In this document: piece after piece, positions 1-13,066 of the stretch
Layout of the letters: every line of letters starts with the position of its first letter
Numbering within the stretch: the first letter of the stretch is position 1
DNA from: Eledone cirrhosa
Lineage: Eukaryota
Reading direction: 5' to 3'
DNA: 64,000 nucleotides
Assembly: GCA_964016885.1 (NCBI GenBank)
Contig: OZ024743.1
Span: forward strand, 32,488,001 to 32,552,000
Translations under genes and position numbers: made by a program
Notes under the pieces: generated by a model
Told to the model about the DNA's origin: nothing
The model's database searches: none
What the model saw: the letters and a program-made list of their open reading frames with translations, nothing else

Positions 1-941
1 AATGTCAGTGCTGCAGAATATGTACAAACTTTATTTGCATATTACAATTGTTTTGATATCAATCAGCTCGGGGTACAATCAAGGTGATGGGGGTCTGACT
101 CTTTTTGTACATCTCATTCTGCATGAAATGTATACAACTAGAGTCTCACATTCTAAATATTTTGAGTGGAAACAACTTTAATCAACTGAGACTATATTCA
201 CAATTTCAAAAACAAAACTCCCTTTCAGGAATGTTCATTGAGGCAACCATTATGGACTTTGAAATTAAGATGTTGGTGTAGTGATTATATATTTGATAAC
301 TTGACTCATACAATGTTGAGATCCAGTGTAAGGGACATAATAATGTATTCACAGTGTTAAAAAAATCAACTTCCATATTACAACATTACAGTTAAGTAGT
401 TTGTATTAGAAAGAACACGCCAAAAATGTTTTGACTCAATTCTTAACATTTCTCAGATGTTCATACTAGCTGGTGTTCCTTACAGGTGGAATCTAATTAC
501 ATTGTCCCTAATTAGCTGACTAATACCCAAACGTCTTAGTCTATTTCCCATATTTTTACTGCACTGAATCATTGCATTTTCAGACATAATCCCCTATATC
601 TGCTGCCTACTTCACTGCTCAAGTTTCAGAAAAATACTGAACTATATATATCTTGCAGTTATCTTCAGGTTTAAGTGAAGATTAGTGGGCGTTTTGCTAG
701 TAAGTAAAATAATAGGGATCTAGGTATTTTTGTCATTCAACTCCTTTCCATCACTCCTCTCACCTAGTTACTTTCATCCATCCTGAACACTTGACTCAAC
801 CATCTCATTCCATTTCTCTTTACAACATTCATCACTGGCTTTTTTTCCCATTATCTTTTATTTGTCTCCCTATCCCTGAGCAATATTCCACTCATCCACT
901 GATACATCTTAATTTCAGTTCTTTCCAGTCTTCTCTTCTTC

Positions 942-1074
942 CAGGGCCCGATTTAATGGGGAGGGGGGCAAGGAGGTAGTTTCCCCCCCCCCCCCCCCCC
1001 CGATATGTAAAATTAGGGGTTTGCTCCCCAAACCTGTAGGTCCCTGGGCCCTCCAAGGTCTAAATCTGGCCCTG
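942..1074. mobile_element. hAT-type MITE
   Basis: TIR CAGGGCC(C/A)GATTTA at both ends; 8-bp TSD tcttcttc/tctgcttc. Confidence 0.75.
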
Positions 1075-1240
1075 TCTGCTTCTCCATGTCCATCACCCAT
1101 GTGTCACTCCTATAAATCATGGCATTACTCACACATGCAGCATATACATTTCCGTTTAGTTTCAGCAACACTCCCTGCCTCATTAGCATAGTAGTCAGCC
1201 ACCAGAAATTCCTCCATCCACATCTCAATATAATCACTGT
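1075..1240 (-). mobile_element. Old degraded RTE LINE fragment
   Basis: ILRCGWRNFWWLTTMLMRQGVLLKLNGNVYAACVSNAMIYRSDTW aligns by eye to RVRTGWKKFRELIPLL...GRLYDACIRTAMLHGSETW of the intact copies. Confidence 0.65.
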
Positions 1241-1381
1241 AGTAGAGTTTGATTCACCTTAATTCAACATGTCTTGAACATAAGTTTTCACACATTCCAT
1301 CTTCACATTATTCCCAAGACCCATCAGCAAGACTCATCAGCACCTTCTGTATCTGTAGCTCCACCCATACACACTTTACAA

Positions 1382-1604
1382 TTAACCCTTTACCATTTAC
1401 ATCAATCTGTATTTACTATTGTACTTTCATGATGAAAGTTTTATCTCATATAATCTCAAATCTACCAAGATTTTGATGATATTATTGTTTATTTTGAGAA
1501 TGATATCTTCATGCCAGTATGAACGGCTGATTATGGCCAGTTTGAACAGAAATGGGGGAGAGAATTTTGGCCAGATGTGGCCAGTTTAATTGCTAAAGGG
1601 TTAA
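1382..1604. mobile_element. piggyBac-like MITE (~220 bp)
   Basis: TTAA-CCCTTTA...TAAAGGG-TTAA termini; same family at 28644 and 28902. Confidence 0.65.
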
Positions 1605-2049
1605 ATGAGAATTAAGTTCAGAATATATGTTTTGGGAATGCTCTGCCACTTATATGTAAATTTCAGAAGCAGGCTGTTCCATTGATTGAACAATTGGAAC
1701 ACAACACTCAATGCCAAAACCGATGGAGGTTCATTCCATTCCATTTCATATAATTTGATAATCCCATGCTTTCATAGGGCTGGGCTTCTCCCTGAGATTT
1801 GTAGTATTAAAAACTATATAACAGACTAATTTCACACCGGAAAAGATGCTGGTGGATTGTTTATAGCTTTCTCTTTGGGAACAATTGGATGTAAATCACT
1901 TAATAATTCTTCAATACTACTACTACCTATTATGGTGAGTCTTACCAGTAATAATACTGTCTTGAAACTGGTGAGAATTAATTGTCTGGGTTATCTATAT
2001 ACAACATGTAACCCAATGAATGCTTGGTTGATTGTCTCGTATAATTATT

Positions 2050-2195
2050 TGATACACACACATATATATGCTTATATACGTATTTACATTTGAATACACA
2101 GATATACAAATATATACACAGACACCCACACATACATACACATATATATATACATGTGTGTGTGTATATATATGTGTGTGTGTGTGTGTGTGTGC

Positions 2196-2230
<35 letters not shown>

Positions 2231-2287
2231 CACATACATATACATATATACATACACACATATATATATATATACATATATATATAC

Positions 2288-2330
<43 letters not shown>

Positions 2331-2725
2331 TATATATATATATCATCATCATCAGGTCGAGCTTGCTCAGCTTTCTATGACACGTTTCCTCCATCCATCT
2401 CTGTCTCTCATAGCGTTTGCCAGTTCTTCCGCACATTTACAGGAATAACCACACACATATATACACTACATCAACGTCAAATGTACCAACACACATACAT
2501 ATATGTCTTCATAGAAACATAAATACATATATACATTCACACACTGACACACACTTGTATGCACACATAGATATATGTCTTCATAGAAACATAAATACAT
2601 ATATACATTCACACACCGACACACACTTGCATGCACACACATATATGCACACAACCATGCACATACATGAATGTACACATGCATTTACACATCCATGCAC
2701 ACACATGTACATATATATTACACTA
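2050..2725. repeat. (TA)n/(CA)n/(TG)n microsatellite complex with a ~58-bp tandem duplication
   Basis: Direct reading; atatgtcttcatagaaacataaatacatatatacattcacacac occurs twice. Confidence 0.9.
2343..2447 (-). mobile_element. RTE LINE 3' end fragment with (GAT)n tail
   Basis: Minus-strand translation [26 protein letters not shown] followed by gatgatgat. Confidence 0.65.
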
Positions 2726-2949
2726 TCTTAGAAAAAATGTGCAAATTCCTCTGGACACCCAATATAACACATATTAGTTCTTTGTTATATATTCATGAGC
2801 AAGCAAATTGAAGCGCCGGCATTGAGTACCTTTAATTCTTTTTTTTTCACAGATAACATCACCCCATACCCACTACTGCACTGTACTATATTTCCTTTCT
2901 TTCACTTACTTTATTACTGTTATCACAGTGACCACCATCACCACCACAC

Positions 2950-2988
<39 letters not shown>

Positions 2989-3539
2989 TTATTATTATTT
3001 ATTTCCAAACTTTGGCAAAGGAAGCAATATATATATTGGAGCATAATCTAGTATAACTATCTCTGGCATCTCACGTCTTCATTTTCATAAACTACACATA
3101 GCTCATAGTTTGTATATGATTCGGTTGTGTTAACAGTGTCCGTAGAAAGTCATCTTAACTGACTTTGGTTGTCAGAAATTGTCAACTCATTAGAATTGTA
3201 TTATAATCATTGTTTTATTTGATTTATTTACCTATTCATTATTTTTATTTTATTTTATCTTATTTTATTTTATTTCTTACTGTTTTATTTTTATTTTATT
3301 TTATCTTATTTTATTTTATTTCTTACTGTTTTATTTTATTTATATATATAAATATAAATATATTTATTTTATGTATTTTATATTTTTGTCTCGGAACCTC
3401 GTGGGTGAAGAATAATATTAGTTTGACCTATAACTAAAATTGAATGCAATTTGGGGGTTATTTTTCTTCTGCTACTATGCCAGTGTTTTTACCGACCCAT
3501 TGAAAATATTCTGTTATTATTATTATTATTATTATTATT

Positions 3540-4716
3540 GCTCTTTGAGTCTCAGTCATTGATGTTGGCTAACTGGAAAGTTTGTTGAAATGAATATCAA
3601 GCCACTACCTGCAGCCTCAGATATTCAGGACGTATCGGAGGGTTCTTGCTGTTCCCAGCAAGCATACCTTTTGAAGTATTCCAAAAAGCGGGGTGGGGGC
3701 AATTTTCTTTAACCATCCCTGGAAACTCTTTGAGATAGTACCTAGTGCGCCTATGACAATCGGGACCACTTTGACTTCAAGGCCGTTCTAAATCCTTTTT
3801 ACCTCCCATTTTAAGTCCTGGTATCGGTTAATTTTCTCCCTCTCCTTCTCTTGCACTCTCGTATTGAATGGGCAGGCCACATCCTCAATCAGGCACAATC
3901 TTTTTTCCTTGTTCAAAACCACCAGGTCAGATCTATTGTGTTCCAGTTTCTTGTCCGTCTGTATCCTAAAATCCCACAGCACCTTCACCTGATCGTTTTC
4001 TATCACCGACTCTGGCTTATACTCATACCACTTCTCAGAATGTGGTAAATTGTTTACTTTGCATAGGTGCCAGTGGATCACCCGGCCCATCACATCATGT
4101 CTCCAGCCTTTATAGTGAGTCCGGGCTAGGTGTTTACACTCGGATACAATGTGAGCCACAGTATCCTCTCTCTCTCCACAGATCCTGCACAGTGGGTTAG
4201 CCTCCTCCTTGTAAATATGGTGTTTCAGCCACTTCGTTTTGAGGGCCTGCTCTTGCGCAGCCATTAGCATTCCTTCTGTAGCCTTTTTAAGGTCTCCTCT
4301 TTTCAACCAGTTCCATGTCTGTGGATCTCTGAATTCAGTTTTCTCAAAGAAGGTACTATGAAGGGATTTTTCATGAAGGTTGCTCTTTCTCCTTGTTGTT
4401 ATTTCCTCCTTGGATATCCCCTGGTCTATTGTCCTCTCCTTCAGTACAATTCTGAGCATTGGCTCCCTACTATCAGTCACGTATTTGTGTAGGTTGTTTT
4501 TCTCCATCTGAACACAGTCCTCTATGCTGATAAGACCTCTTCCACCTTCAGATCTCCTTAAGTAGAGTCTATCGACATCACTCCTCTTGTAGAACATGTT
4601 GTAGATAGTCAATAGCTTCCTAGTCTTCCTATCCATTTCTTTTTGTTCAGCAACATTCCATCTCAGAATTCCCGCACTGTACCTAATAATAGACACAGCT
4701 CGGGAATTTACTGCAC

Positions 4717-4717
<1 letters not shown>
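3540..4717 (-). mobile_element. 5'-truncated R4/Dong-like non-LTR retrotransposon (RT C-terminal part, CCHC knuckle, restriction-like endonuclease)
   Basis: CRICGEREDTVAHIVSEC, RHD, RSDLVV...DVACPF, KINRY. Premature TAG at 3788-3790; the frame continues VVPIVIGALG...LGTARTLRYVLNI to TGA at 3617. (TTA)n on both flanks. Confidence 0.88.
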
Positions 4718-4753
<36 letters not shown>

Positions 4754-5147
4754 GTTATTATTAAGAATTTTCAATCATTTATATCTTTATTTATTCATTT
4801 ATCTATTATTTATTATTACTATCATTATTATTATTACTATTATTATTATTATTACACTTATTCCTTTTTATTGTTGTTGTTGTTGTTGTTGTTTGGTTGT
4901 ATGCAATGAATCATTACTTTGGGTTTAGGATGGAGATCAAGTAATTTCCATTGCAAACAGATTGGATATAGGAGACAGCTGGAAATGGAATTGAGATGTT
5001 TTTGTGTTAAAATGGTAATATTTGAATAGCAAGAGCAAAATCAACAATGAAGACGAACTACAATGAGGAAAATGTTAATAATAACCAAAGATATATAAAC
5101 AAATTAATAAATTTAAAAAAAAGTAAGAAAAAGCTCATTGCTGGAAT

Positions 5148-7705
5148 GGTTGGTTGATTAGTTGGTTGGTTGGTTAGTTGGTTGGTTGGTTGGTTATTTG
5201 GCTGGTTGGTTAGTTGGCTGGTTGGTTAGTTGGTTGGTTAGTTGGTTGGTTGGTTGGTTAGTTGGTTGGGTGGCTTGTTAGTTGGTTGGGTGACTGGTTG
5301 GTTGGTTGGATGGTTAGTTGATTGGTTGGTTAGTTGGCTGGTTTGTTTGTTGGTTAGTTGGTCAGTTGGTTGGTTGGTTGATTAGTTGGTTGGTTGGTTG
5401 GTTGGTTAGTTGGCTGGTTGGTTAGTTGGTCAGTTGGTTGGTTAGTTGGCTGGTTGGTTGGTTAGTTGGTCAGTTAGTTAGTTGGTTAGTTGGTCAGAGG
5501 TTGGTTGGTTAGTTGATTGGTTGGTTAGTTTGTTGGTTAGTTGGTTGGTTGGTTGGTTGGTTGGTTGATTAGTTGGTTGGTTGGTTGGTTGGTTAGTTGG
5601 CTGGTTGGTTAGTTGGTCAGTTGGTTGGTTAGTTGGCTGGTTGGTTGGTTAGTTGGTCAGTTAGTTAGTTGGTTAGTTGGTCAGAGGTTGGTTGGTTAGT
5701 TGATTGGTTGGTTAGTTTGTTGGTTAGTTGGTTGGTTGGTTGGTTGGTTGGTCAGTTGGTTGATTAGTTAGTTGGTCAGTTGGTTGGGTAGTTGGTTGGT
5801 TGGCTGGTTGGTTGTTTAGTTGGTCAGTTGGTTGCTTGATTAGTTGGTCAGTTGTTTAGTTGGTTAGTTGGTCAGTTAGTAGGTTGTTTAGTTGGTTGGT
5901 TGGTTAGTTGATTGGTTGGTTAGTTGGTTGATTAGTTGGTTGGTTGGGTAGTTGGTCAGTTGGTTGTTAGCTTGGTTAGTTGGTTGATTTGTTAGTTGGT
6001 CAGTTGGTTGGTTGGTTAATTGGTCAGTTGGTTGGTTAGTTGGTTGGTTGGTTAGTTGGTCAGTTGGTTGGTTAGTTGGTCAGTTCGTTGGTTAGTTAGT
6101 TGGTCAGTTGGTTGATTGGCTAGTTGGTCAGTTGGTTGGTTGGTTAGTTGGTCAGTTGGTTGGGTGGTTAGTTGGTCAGTTGGTTGGTTAGTTGGTTGGG
6201 TAGTTGGTTGGTTGGTTAGTTGGTCAGTTGGTTGGTTAGTTGGTCAGTTGGTTGGTTGGTTAGTTGGTCAGTTGGTTGGTTAGTTGGTTACTTGGTCAGT
6301 TGGTTGGTTAGTTGGTCAGTTGGTTGGTTGGTTAGTTGGTCAGTTGGTTGGTTAGTTGGTCAGTTGGTTGGTTAGTTGGTCAGTTGGTTGGTTAGTTAGT
6401 TGGTTGGTTAGTTGGTCAGTTGGTTGGTTAGTTGGTCAGTTGGTTGGTTAGTTGGTCAGTTGGTTGGTTGGTTGGTTGGTTGGTTAGTTGGTAAGTTGGT
6501 TGTTAGTTGGCTGGTTAGTTGGCTGTTTGGCTGGTTGTTTAGTTGGTTGGTTAGTTGGTTGGGTGGCTTGTTAGTTGTTTGGGTGGCTGGTTCGTTGGTT
6601 GGTTGGGTGGGTAGTTGATTGGTTGGTTAGATGGTTGGTTGGTTAGTTGATTGGTTGGCTAGTTGGCTGGTTGGCTGGTTGGTTTGTTGGTTAGTTGGTT
6701 GGTTGGTTAGTTATTTGGTTGGTTAGTTGGCTGGTTGGTTGGTTGGTTAGTTGGCCGGTTGGTTAGTTGGTCAGTTGGTTGGTTGGTTGATTAGTTGGTT
6801 GGTTGGTTAGTTGGCTGGTTGGTTGGTTAGTTGGTTAGTTGGTTAGTTGGTCAGTTGGTTGGTTGGTTAGTTGGTTGGTTAGTTGATTGGTTGGTTAGTT
6901 GGTTGGTTAGTTGGTTGGTCAGTTGGTTGTTAGTTGGTTGGTTGATTGCTTAGTTGGTTGATTGGTTAGTTGGTCAGTTGGTTGGGTAGTTAGTTCGTTG
7001 GTTGGTTGGTTGGTCAGTTGGTTGCTTGATTAGTTGGTCAGTTGGTTAGTTGGTTAGTTGGTCAGTTAGTAGGTTGGTTAGTTGGTTGGTTGGTCAGTTG
7101 GTTGGTTGGTCAGTTTGTTGGTCAGTTGGTTGTTAGCTTTGTTAGTTGGTTGATTGGTTAGTTGGTCAGTTGGTTGGTTGGTTAATTGGTCAGTTGGTTG
7201 GTTAGTTGGTCAGTTGGTTGGTTAGTTGGTCAGTTCGTTGGTTGGTTAGTTGGTCATTTGGTTGTTTGATTAGTTGGTCAGTTGGTTGATTGATTAGTTG
7301 GTCAGTTGGTTGATTGGTTAGTTGGTCAGTTGGTTGGTTAGTTGGTCAGTTGGTTGGTTAGTTGGTCAGTTGGTTAGTTGGTCAGTTGGTTGGTTGGTTA
7401 ATTGGTCAGTTGGTTGGTTAGTTGGTCAGTTGGTTGGTTAGTTGGTCAGTTGGTTGGTTGGTTAGTTGGTCAGTTGGTTGGTGGTCAGTTGTTTGATTGG
7501 TTAGTTGGTCAGTTGGTTGATTGGTTAGTTGGTGAGTTGGTTGGTTGGTTAGTTGGTCAGTTGGTTGGTTAGTTGGTTGGTTGGTTAGTTGGTCAGTTGG
7601 TTGGTTAGTTGGTCAGTTGGTTGGTTGGTTAGTTGGTCAGTTGGTTCTTAGTTGGCTGGTTAGTTGGTCAGTTGGCTGTTTGGCTGGTTGTTTAGTTGGT
7701 TGGTT
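5148..7705. repeat. Complex (GGTT/AGTT/GGTC)n satellite, ~2.55 kb
   Basis: Direct reading; 4-nt periodic G/T-rich array. Confidence 0.95.
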
Positions 7706-7754
7706 ACAATTAAAGGGACCAAAATAAAATGGGCATAAGTGCAAGAACCCTAAG

Positions 7755-8060
7755 GTAGTTTCTCCCAAAGTGCATTCAGTTTTGTGGAACCCTTGGTGTC
7801 TGGGTTCCATGAAAAAATATAGAGGAGTATATTAATACGGCCCTTTACGGACTAAGTTCAAATCCCACAGAGGTTAACTTTGCCTTTCATCCTTACGGAG
7901 TCTATAAAATAAAGTACCAGTAATGTACTGGGTGATTGCTGGCTTTGTGCCATAAGTAGAAACAATTATTATTAAATAACAGTATTAGACTTTGGGGTTC
8001 CCCAAAAAAGTTTCTGAACCAAAAAGGATTCTGCGTTCGAAAAGGTTTGCGAAACCCATC
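7755..8060. mobile_element. hAT MITE (same family as 24974-25160) interrupted by a SINE at ~7840-7975
   Basis: Shared agtattagactttggggttcccc...aaagtttctgaa sequence; embedded SINE core aactttgcctttcatccttacgg. Confidence 0.65.
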
Positions 8061-8919
8061 AAACATTACATTGTCATTTAATGGTTTGTATGCCAGCTTC
8101 ACAATGCTGGCATGGGTTGGACATCCATAGTCTTATCCAACCCATGCTGGTAGTTATTCCACAGACCTTCATCCATTGAACCTGTAACCTATGTACCCTT
8201 TTTTTAATAGTATCAAAGTGAATACCGATGAAGAGACAAACACACGCATGCATGCATGCACACATGCACACGCGCACATGCACATGTATATGACAATGGT
8301 AAAGAAGTTCAATTTACAAACATAGGGTTCTTGGGTTTTATCCCATTACATGACACTTTGGGAAAATGTCTTCTATCATAGCCTGTTGTATATCATCATC
8401 TTCATCATCATCATTGCCATCATCATCATCATTTTAAAATGTCTTCATCTGACATAGGTCTTTTCTTGAAACATCAATTACTTCATTAGAACATAGGACA
8501 AAATGTCTTATGGTATTTGTTCCAACTCATTTGGCTCTAAATTCAAATCCTTCTGAGGTCGAATTTGCTTTTCATTTTTCAGGGTTGATAAAGTAACAAT
8601 GTAGGGTGGTGGATTAGCAGAATTGTTCAAGCATTGGATGAGATGCTTTGCTATATTTGTTCTGGTGCTTTGCTTTCTGTGTTTTTGTGTGGTAAACTTA
8701 ATCAATTATCTAGTTTAACCCCTCTACCTTGTCCTTGGGTGCCTTTAACAGAATTCACTTTATTGTAAGAATCTGAGTGAGAGCTCTTAAAATCAAAGTA
8801 ACAAATTGGCAGTCATTAGAGTGTCAGATTAAAAATGTCTTCTCATTTTGCAGCTTACTGCTCTTTGTATTCAAATACCACTGAGTTCAATGTTGTATTC
8901 CATCCTTTTAAAGACAATA

Positions 8920-9112
8920 AATAATTGTTTCTACTATTGGCACAAGGCCAGCAATTATCCAAGTGCATTACTGGTACTTTATTTTATCGACGCCATAAGG
9001 ATGAAAGGCAAAGTTATCCGCGGCAGGATTTGAACTCAGACCATAAAGGGACGTAACTCTATACTGCAAAGCATGGCGTCCGACCCTCTACCGATACTGC
9101 CAATCCACCACC
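8920..9112 (-). mobile_element. tRNA-like SINE family 1, full-length copy
   Basis: A-box-like TGGCAGTATCGG, B-box GAGTTCAAATCC, core ACTTTGCCTTTCATCCTTA.GG.GTCGATAAAATAAAGTACCAG, (ATT)n tail; at least 14 copies in window. Confidence 0.85.
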
Positions 9113-9176
9113 CTGGACAATAAATAATGTACCTGTCTAGTAAAAGACTTGGCTCTTCCCCAACTCTCCTTTTCCC

Positions 9177-9211
<35 letters not shown>

Positions 9212-10049
9212 ATCTATCTCTATCTCTCTCTCTCTCTCTGGAAGATATTGACTGTTCTGATTTGGAGAGGGATGGGCTCCACTAGGGTTTAAAGTGCCCA
9301 AGATGGCACCCCTATGATTTTATCAAGTGGTAAGGGTATTTTACTTTAGCTTTGATGGTTCTGACAAAAGAAAGGTTCATGAGAAAGTGTCCTTCTTTTC
9401 TTGACTAAGGGTTAAAAAAAAGAAAACTAATTTTCTCATGGCATATAAACCTATTTACATTTACAAACTTCATTAACCCTTTTGTGACCATGTTACTAAT
9501 AGGAATATGTTACCTTTGTGTTTTAAGTATTAAAATAATCAAGAATTCTGAGATGTTTCATGACATAATTAACTTTTGACTTCAAAATAAATACAAATAT
9601 TTAACTACTGAAATTTGATATCACCTTTCTTGTAATAGGATTACAATCCAGATATTAATTTATGTTTAAACACTTGAAGAGATGTATTTCAGGTGATTTA
9701 GTCTTTAATGCTTGACATCCTGTAATTATTTAGCATAAAATATCTAAAGATGGGTTTGTTAATTCAAATGTTTATAGTATCATTACTAGTGGATACATCA
9801 TTGTGAAAAATTGCAATATTTGAGTAAAGACTTTAATTTTTAATGTAATGAAGATTTAGTGCTGTTTCATGATTTTCAAGAATGTCTTATTTCATGTTGT
9901 ACAAGAAGATAAAAGTTAGAGGATTAAATGATTTTTGCCAATATAGATTACCACTAGCTTCCTTAAATTCAATATTATTAATGCTTGTTAAGATTTGGGC
10001 AAATAAGATAATGTGGGTAGTGAGGATAAGTGCTTTTACTTTTGTATAT

Positions 10050-11570
10050 ATTTCCAATTGATAACCACTCAATTGTAAAGGACTGGTAGGAATTATCTTG
10101 AGCCAAGTAATTTTTGTCTTGTTCAATAGAAAATAATTGGAAGTTCTTATGCGGCAACCTACTGCAAGCAACTGAAGAGACTTGTGGCTGGAGCAAAGCT
10201 CCAACCAGACAGAGGGTGACTTGGTGGTGGAACAGCATGGTAGATAGAGCCATTAAAAACAAAAGACAAGCATGGAAGGATTGGAAAATGGGAGGGGATT
10301 AGATACCGATACTCAGCCACTAAAAGAGAGGTTAGACGTCAGGTATACTTAGCAGGCAAGGAAGCCGAGAGTAGGAGGTTTACCAATGTTCTGTGACGAG
10401 AGGATCAGAGACATGAATGTTGAGAATGAATGGGAGAGAGAGAAACTACCCCCAACAGACCCAACAGAGGGGCCAGCTATTGAGGTTGACAACTTTTGGG
10501 TCAAAGAGGCAATTAAGGAAATGAAAAGTGGTAAGGCCACTGGACCGTCAGGGATAGTACCTGAGATGCTGAAGGCATCAGAAGTAGGAATAAACTGGTT
10601 GCACGCAGAGTCAATCAAGTTATATGTGGCGGAGTCATACCCAAAGACTGGTGCAGCAGTATTCTTGTAAATTGCTACAAAGGTAAAGGGAATGTTCTGG
10701 AGAGGAGCAATTATAGGGGCATAAAACTGATGGATCAGGTTATGAAAGTGACAGAAAGAGTGCTAGCACAACTAATTAGAGAAAGGGTAAAATTAGACGA
10801 GATGCAGTTTGGTTTTGTGCCTGGGAAAAGTACAACAGATGCCCTCTTCTTAGTGAGACAACTACAAGAGAGATTCTCAGAAAAGAATAAGCCACTATAT
10901 TTAGCTTTTGTTGACATAGAGAAGGCCTTTGATAGAGTACCTTGATCTGTCATCTAGTGGTCCCTAAGGAAATTAGGGTAGAGGAATGGCTTGTGAGGAC
11001 AGTCCAAGCTATGTACAGAGAAGTTGTCAGTAAAGTGAAAGTAGGAATGGAGTTTAGTGAGGAATTCCAGATACAAGTAGTTTATCAGGGTTCGGTCCTC
11101 AGTCTACGGTTATATGATGCCTGTGTGAGATGCATTATGCTGGATGGTAGTGAGACATAGGCAGCAACTGTAGAGGATATGTGATGGCTGAAGAGAAATG
11201 AAGCAAGCCTGCTCCGATGTGCAATGTCAATGTGCGTGAACAACCAAGCATGTATGGGTTGAGAGTGAAACTGTGTATAAGAGGGCTAAACTGTAGTGTG
11301 CAGGAGAGAAGACTGCAATGGTATGGCCATGTGATGCGCATGGAAGATGACCGTTGGGTGTAGAAGTGTCAAGAAATCCTGGTGGAAGGAAGACACAGTA
11401 GAGGAAAACCATGAAAAACATGGGCGGAGGTGGTGAGAGCAGACCTCAGATCACTGAAGCTCACAGAGGAGATGACGAGGGACTGTGACGAATGGTGAGA
11501 TGCTGTGCTGAAAAGGACCGTCCCACCCTTGCAAGCAGGGAAAAACGGACATAAAATGATGATGATGATA
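10050..11570 (+). mobile_element. Degraded RTE LINE (short 3' UTR subfamily) with internal deletions
   Basis: TWWWN, GKATGPSG, MQFGFVPGKSTTDA, FVDIEKAFDRVP; jumps from QGSVLS to RLYDAC near 11100; (GAT)n tail. Confidence 0.9.
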
Positions 11571-12923
11571 AATGAATATATGTTTAAATTGAATTGTTGT
11601 TATTTTTCTGTGTTCTTTTTTCGTTTTCTTTTTTTGCTATTAACCTCAACTTTAGAAATGAAAGATTGTTTAATTATGATATCATCTACACTGTGTTTTG
11701 ATAAGTTTGATTTCTAATCATCATCAGACATCTTAATTTAGGTTATGGAGGATATACTAAAGAGACTTCGAAAAGAATATTTTTAATTTTACTCATTTAA
11801 TTACCATATTTACAATGAAAGACCCTGCTGTGATTTTCAAATGATTTTGAAAATAATCAAGAATTGATAGGGTTTAGTAAAATAACTAATTTTCTAATTA
11901 TTAAGCTCATGTTTGGAAACATAACTTAACTTACTTAACACTTACTGAGGCCTCATTTAACCTGTAAGTTATACATAATTATATAAACAATACTTTATTC
12001 AGTGTTTCTGTGAAGAGGAAGGAATATTTAATGAGTTGATCAATGTCAGTTCACAACTAGTTACCCTACTTTTAGATGCATATCTACTTATCACTAACTA
12101 CTCAAATGTCTGTCTTTAACTTCAGCAACACCTCCCATTGATTAAACAGGTACATCACCATTAACAGCCCTCTCACTCCACCTCTCACCCACAACCATTA
12201 ACTTATCTCATTCCTTTTTTCAGTCATTGGTCACTGAAATAATGAACATTTCAGGTTGGTACACGTCCAAAGATTTGCAGGGATGCAGTATAATCAATTG
12301 AATTAACACCAGTATATGACTGATATTTGTTTTAATAACTGAGAGAGGGTGGAAAAAAAACAATTGCATTTTGTAAAGGATAAAAAGGCATGTACAATAT
12401 GCAATTAGCTCCGTCAATCACTCCAAATGCTGAGGATCTCCCATACTAAATACACATCCTTAACATAGCTAGGCCTGCATCTCAAAGACTGACCTTTTCC
12501 ATTAGACTCAGAAAATATTTCAGCCCCAACAATTACTGACCCTCTACAAAGCTGAGGGGAAAGTTTATAGCGTTGCTCTCACACCTGAGACAGTGTTGCT
12601 GCTACACACACAGACATTCTAGACTTCTACAAGAGAAAAGCAATTTAATTAATCAATATATAATCCCCCATTGGCTCCCTTTGCTATCACTACTAAAATG
12701 GCCACCATACCTCAAATCTGGCAGGTCTTGCACTCCTGACGTACACATCTCTTCTCCTCTTCTCCCACATTCTGTGTCAAGACCCCTAGTCGCTTCACTA
12801 ACTCCTATGTCCAACCTTTTCTGCTAAGAACATCAACCATCTTGAATACTCTCCCAACTCTTCTCTTCCTACATGTGTTGATTTGCCACAGTTTTAGTGA
12901 AAAATAAACAGAATCAATCTCAC

Positions 12924-13066
12924 TGGTTATGAAGGGCCTGTGGAAAACAAAAACAGGTATTGCTCCTTCTTCCAGACCCAGAAAATATGAAGGAAATATA
13001 AAATAATCTATGGCAAGATGTGCACTCATAACAAAGGGTGCCCACAACTGTACTCCTGCCACCTGC
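12924..13066 (-). CDS. Host gene coding exon ((K)QVAGVQLWAPFVMSAHLAIDYFIFPSYFLGLEEGAIPVFVFHRPFIT)
   Basis: Acceptor tatatag|G, donor A|GTGAGA; 143 nt, phase 2 to 1; overlaps track ORF 12805..13062. Confidence 0.75.

Noticed and set aside
1978-2731. Many YI/HT/CV-rich ORFs (also 14570-14867, 30301-30617, 53896-54438)
   Set aside because: Translations of (TA)n/(CA)n microsatellites
6412-7727. WLVG/VSW-repeat ORFs
   Set aside because: Translations of the GGTT satellite
9340-9360. Terminal exon of the host gene (K-PSKLK*) after a strong acceptor
   Set aside because: Phase fits, but so does the acceptor near 12338, and other candidates exist near 1947-1994 and 59-118; cannot choose from sequence alone
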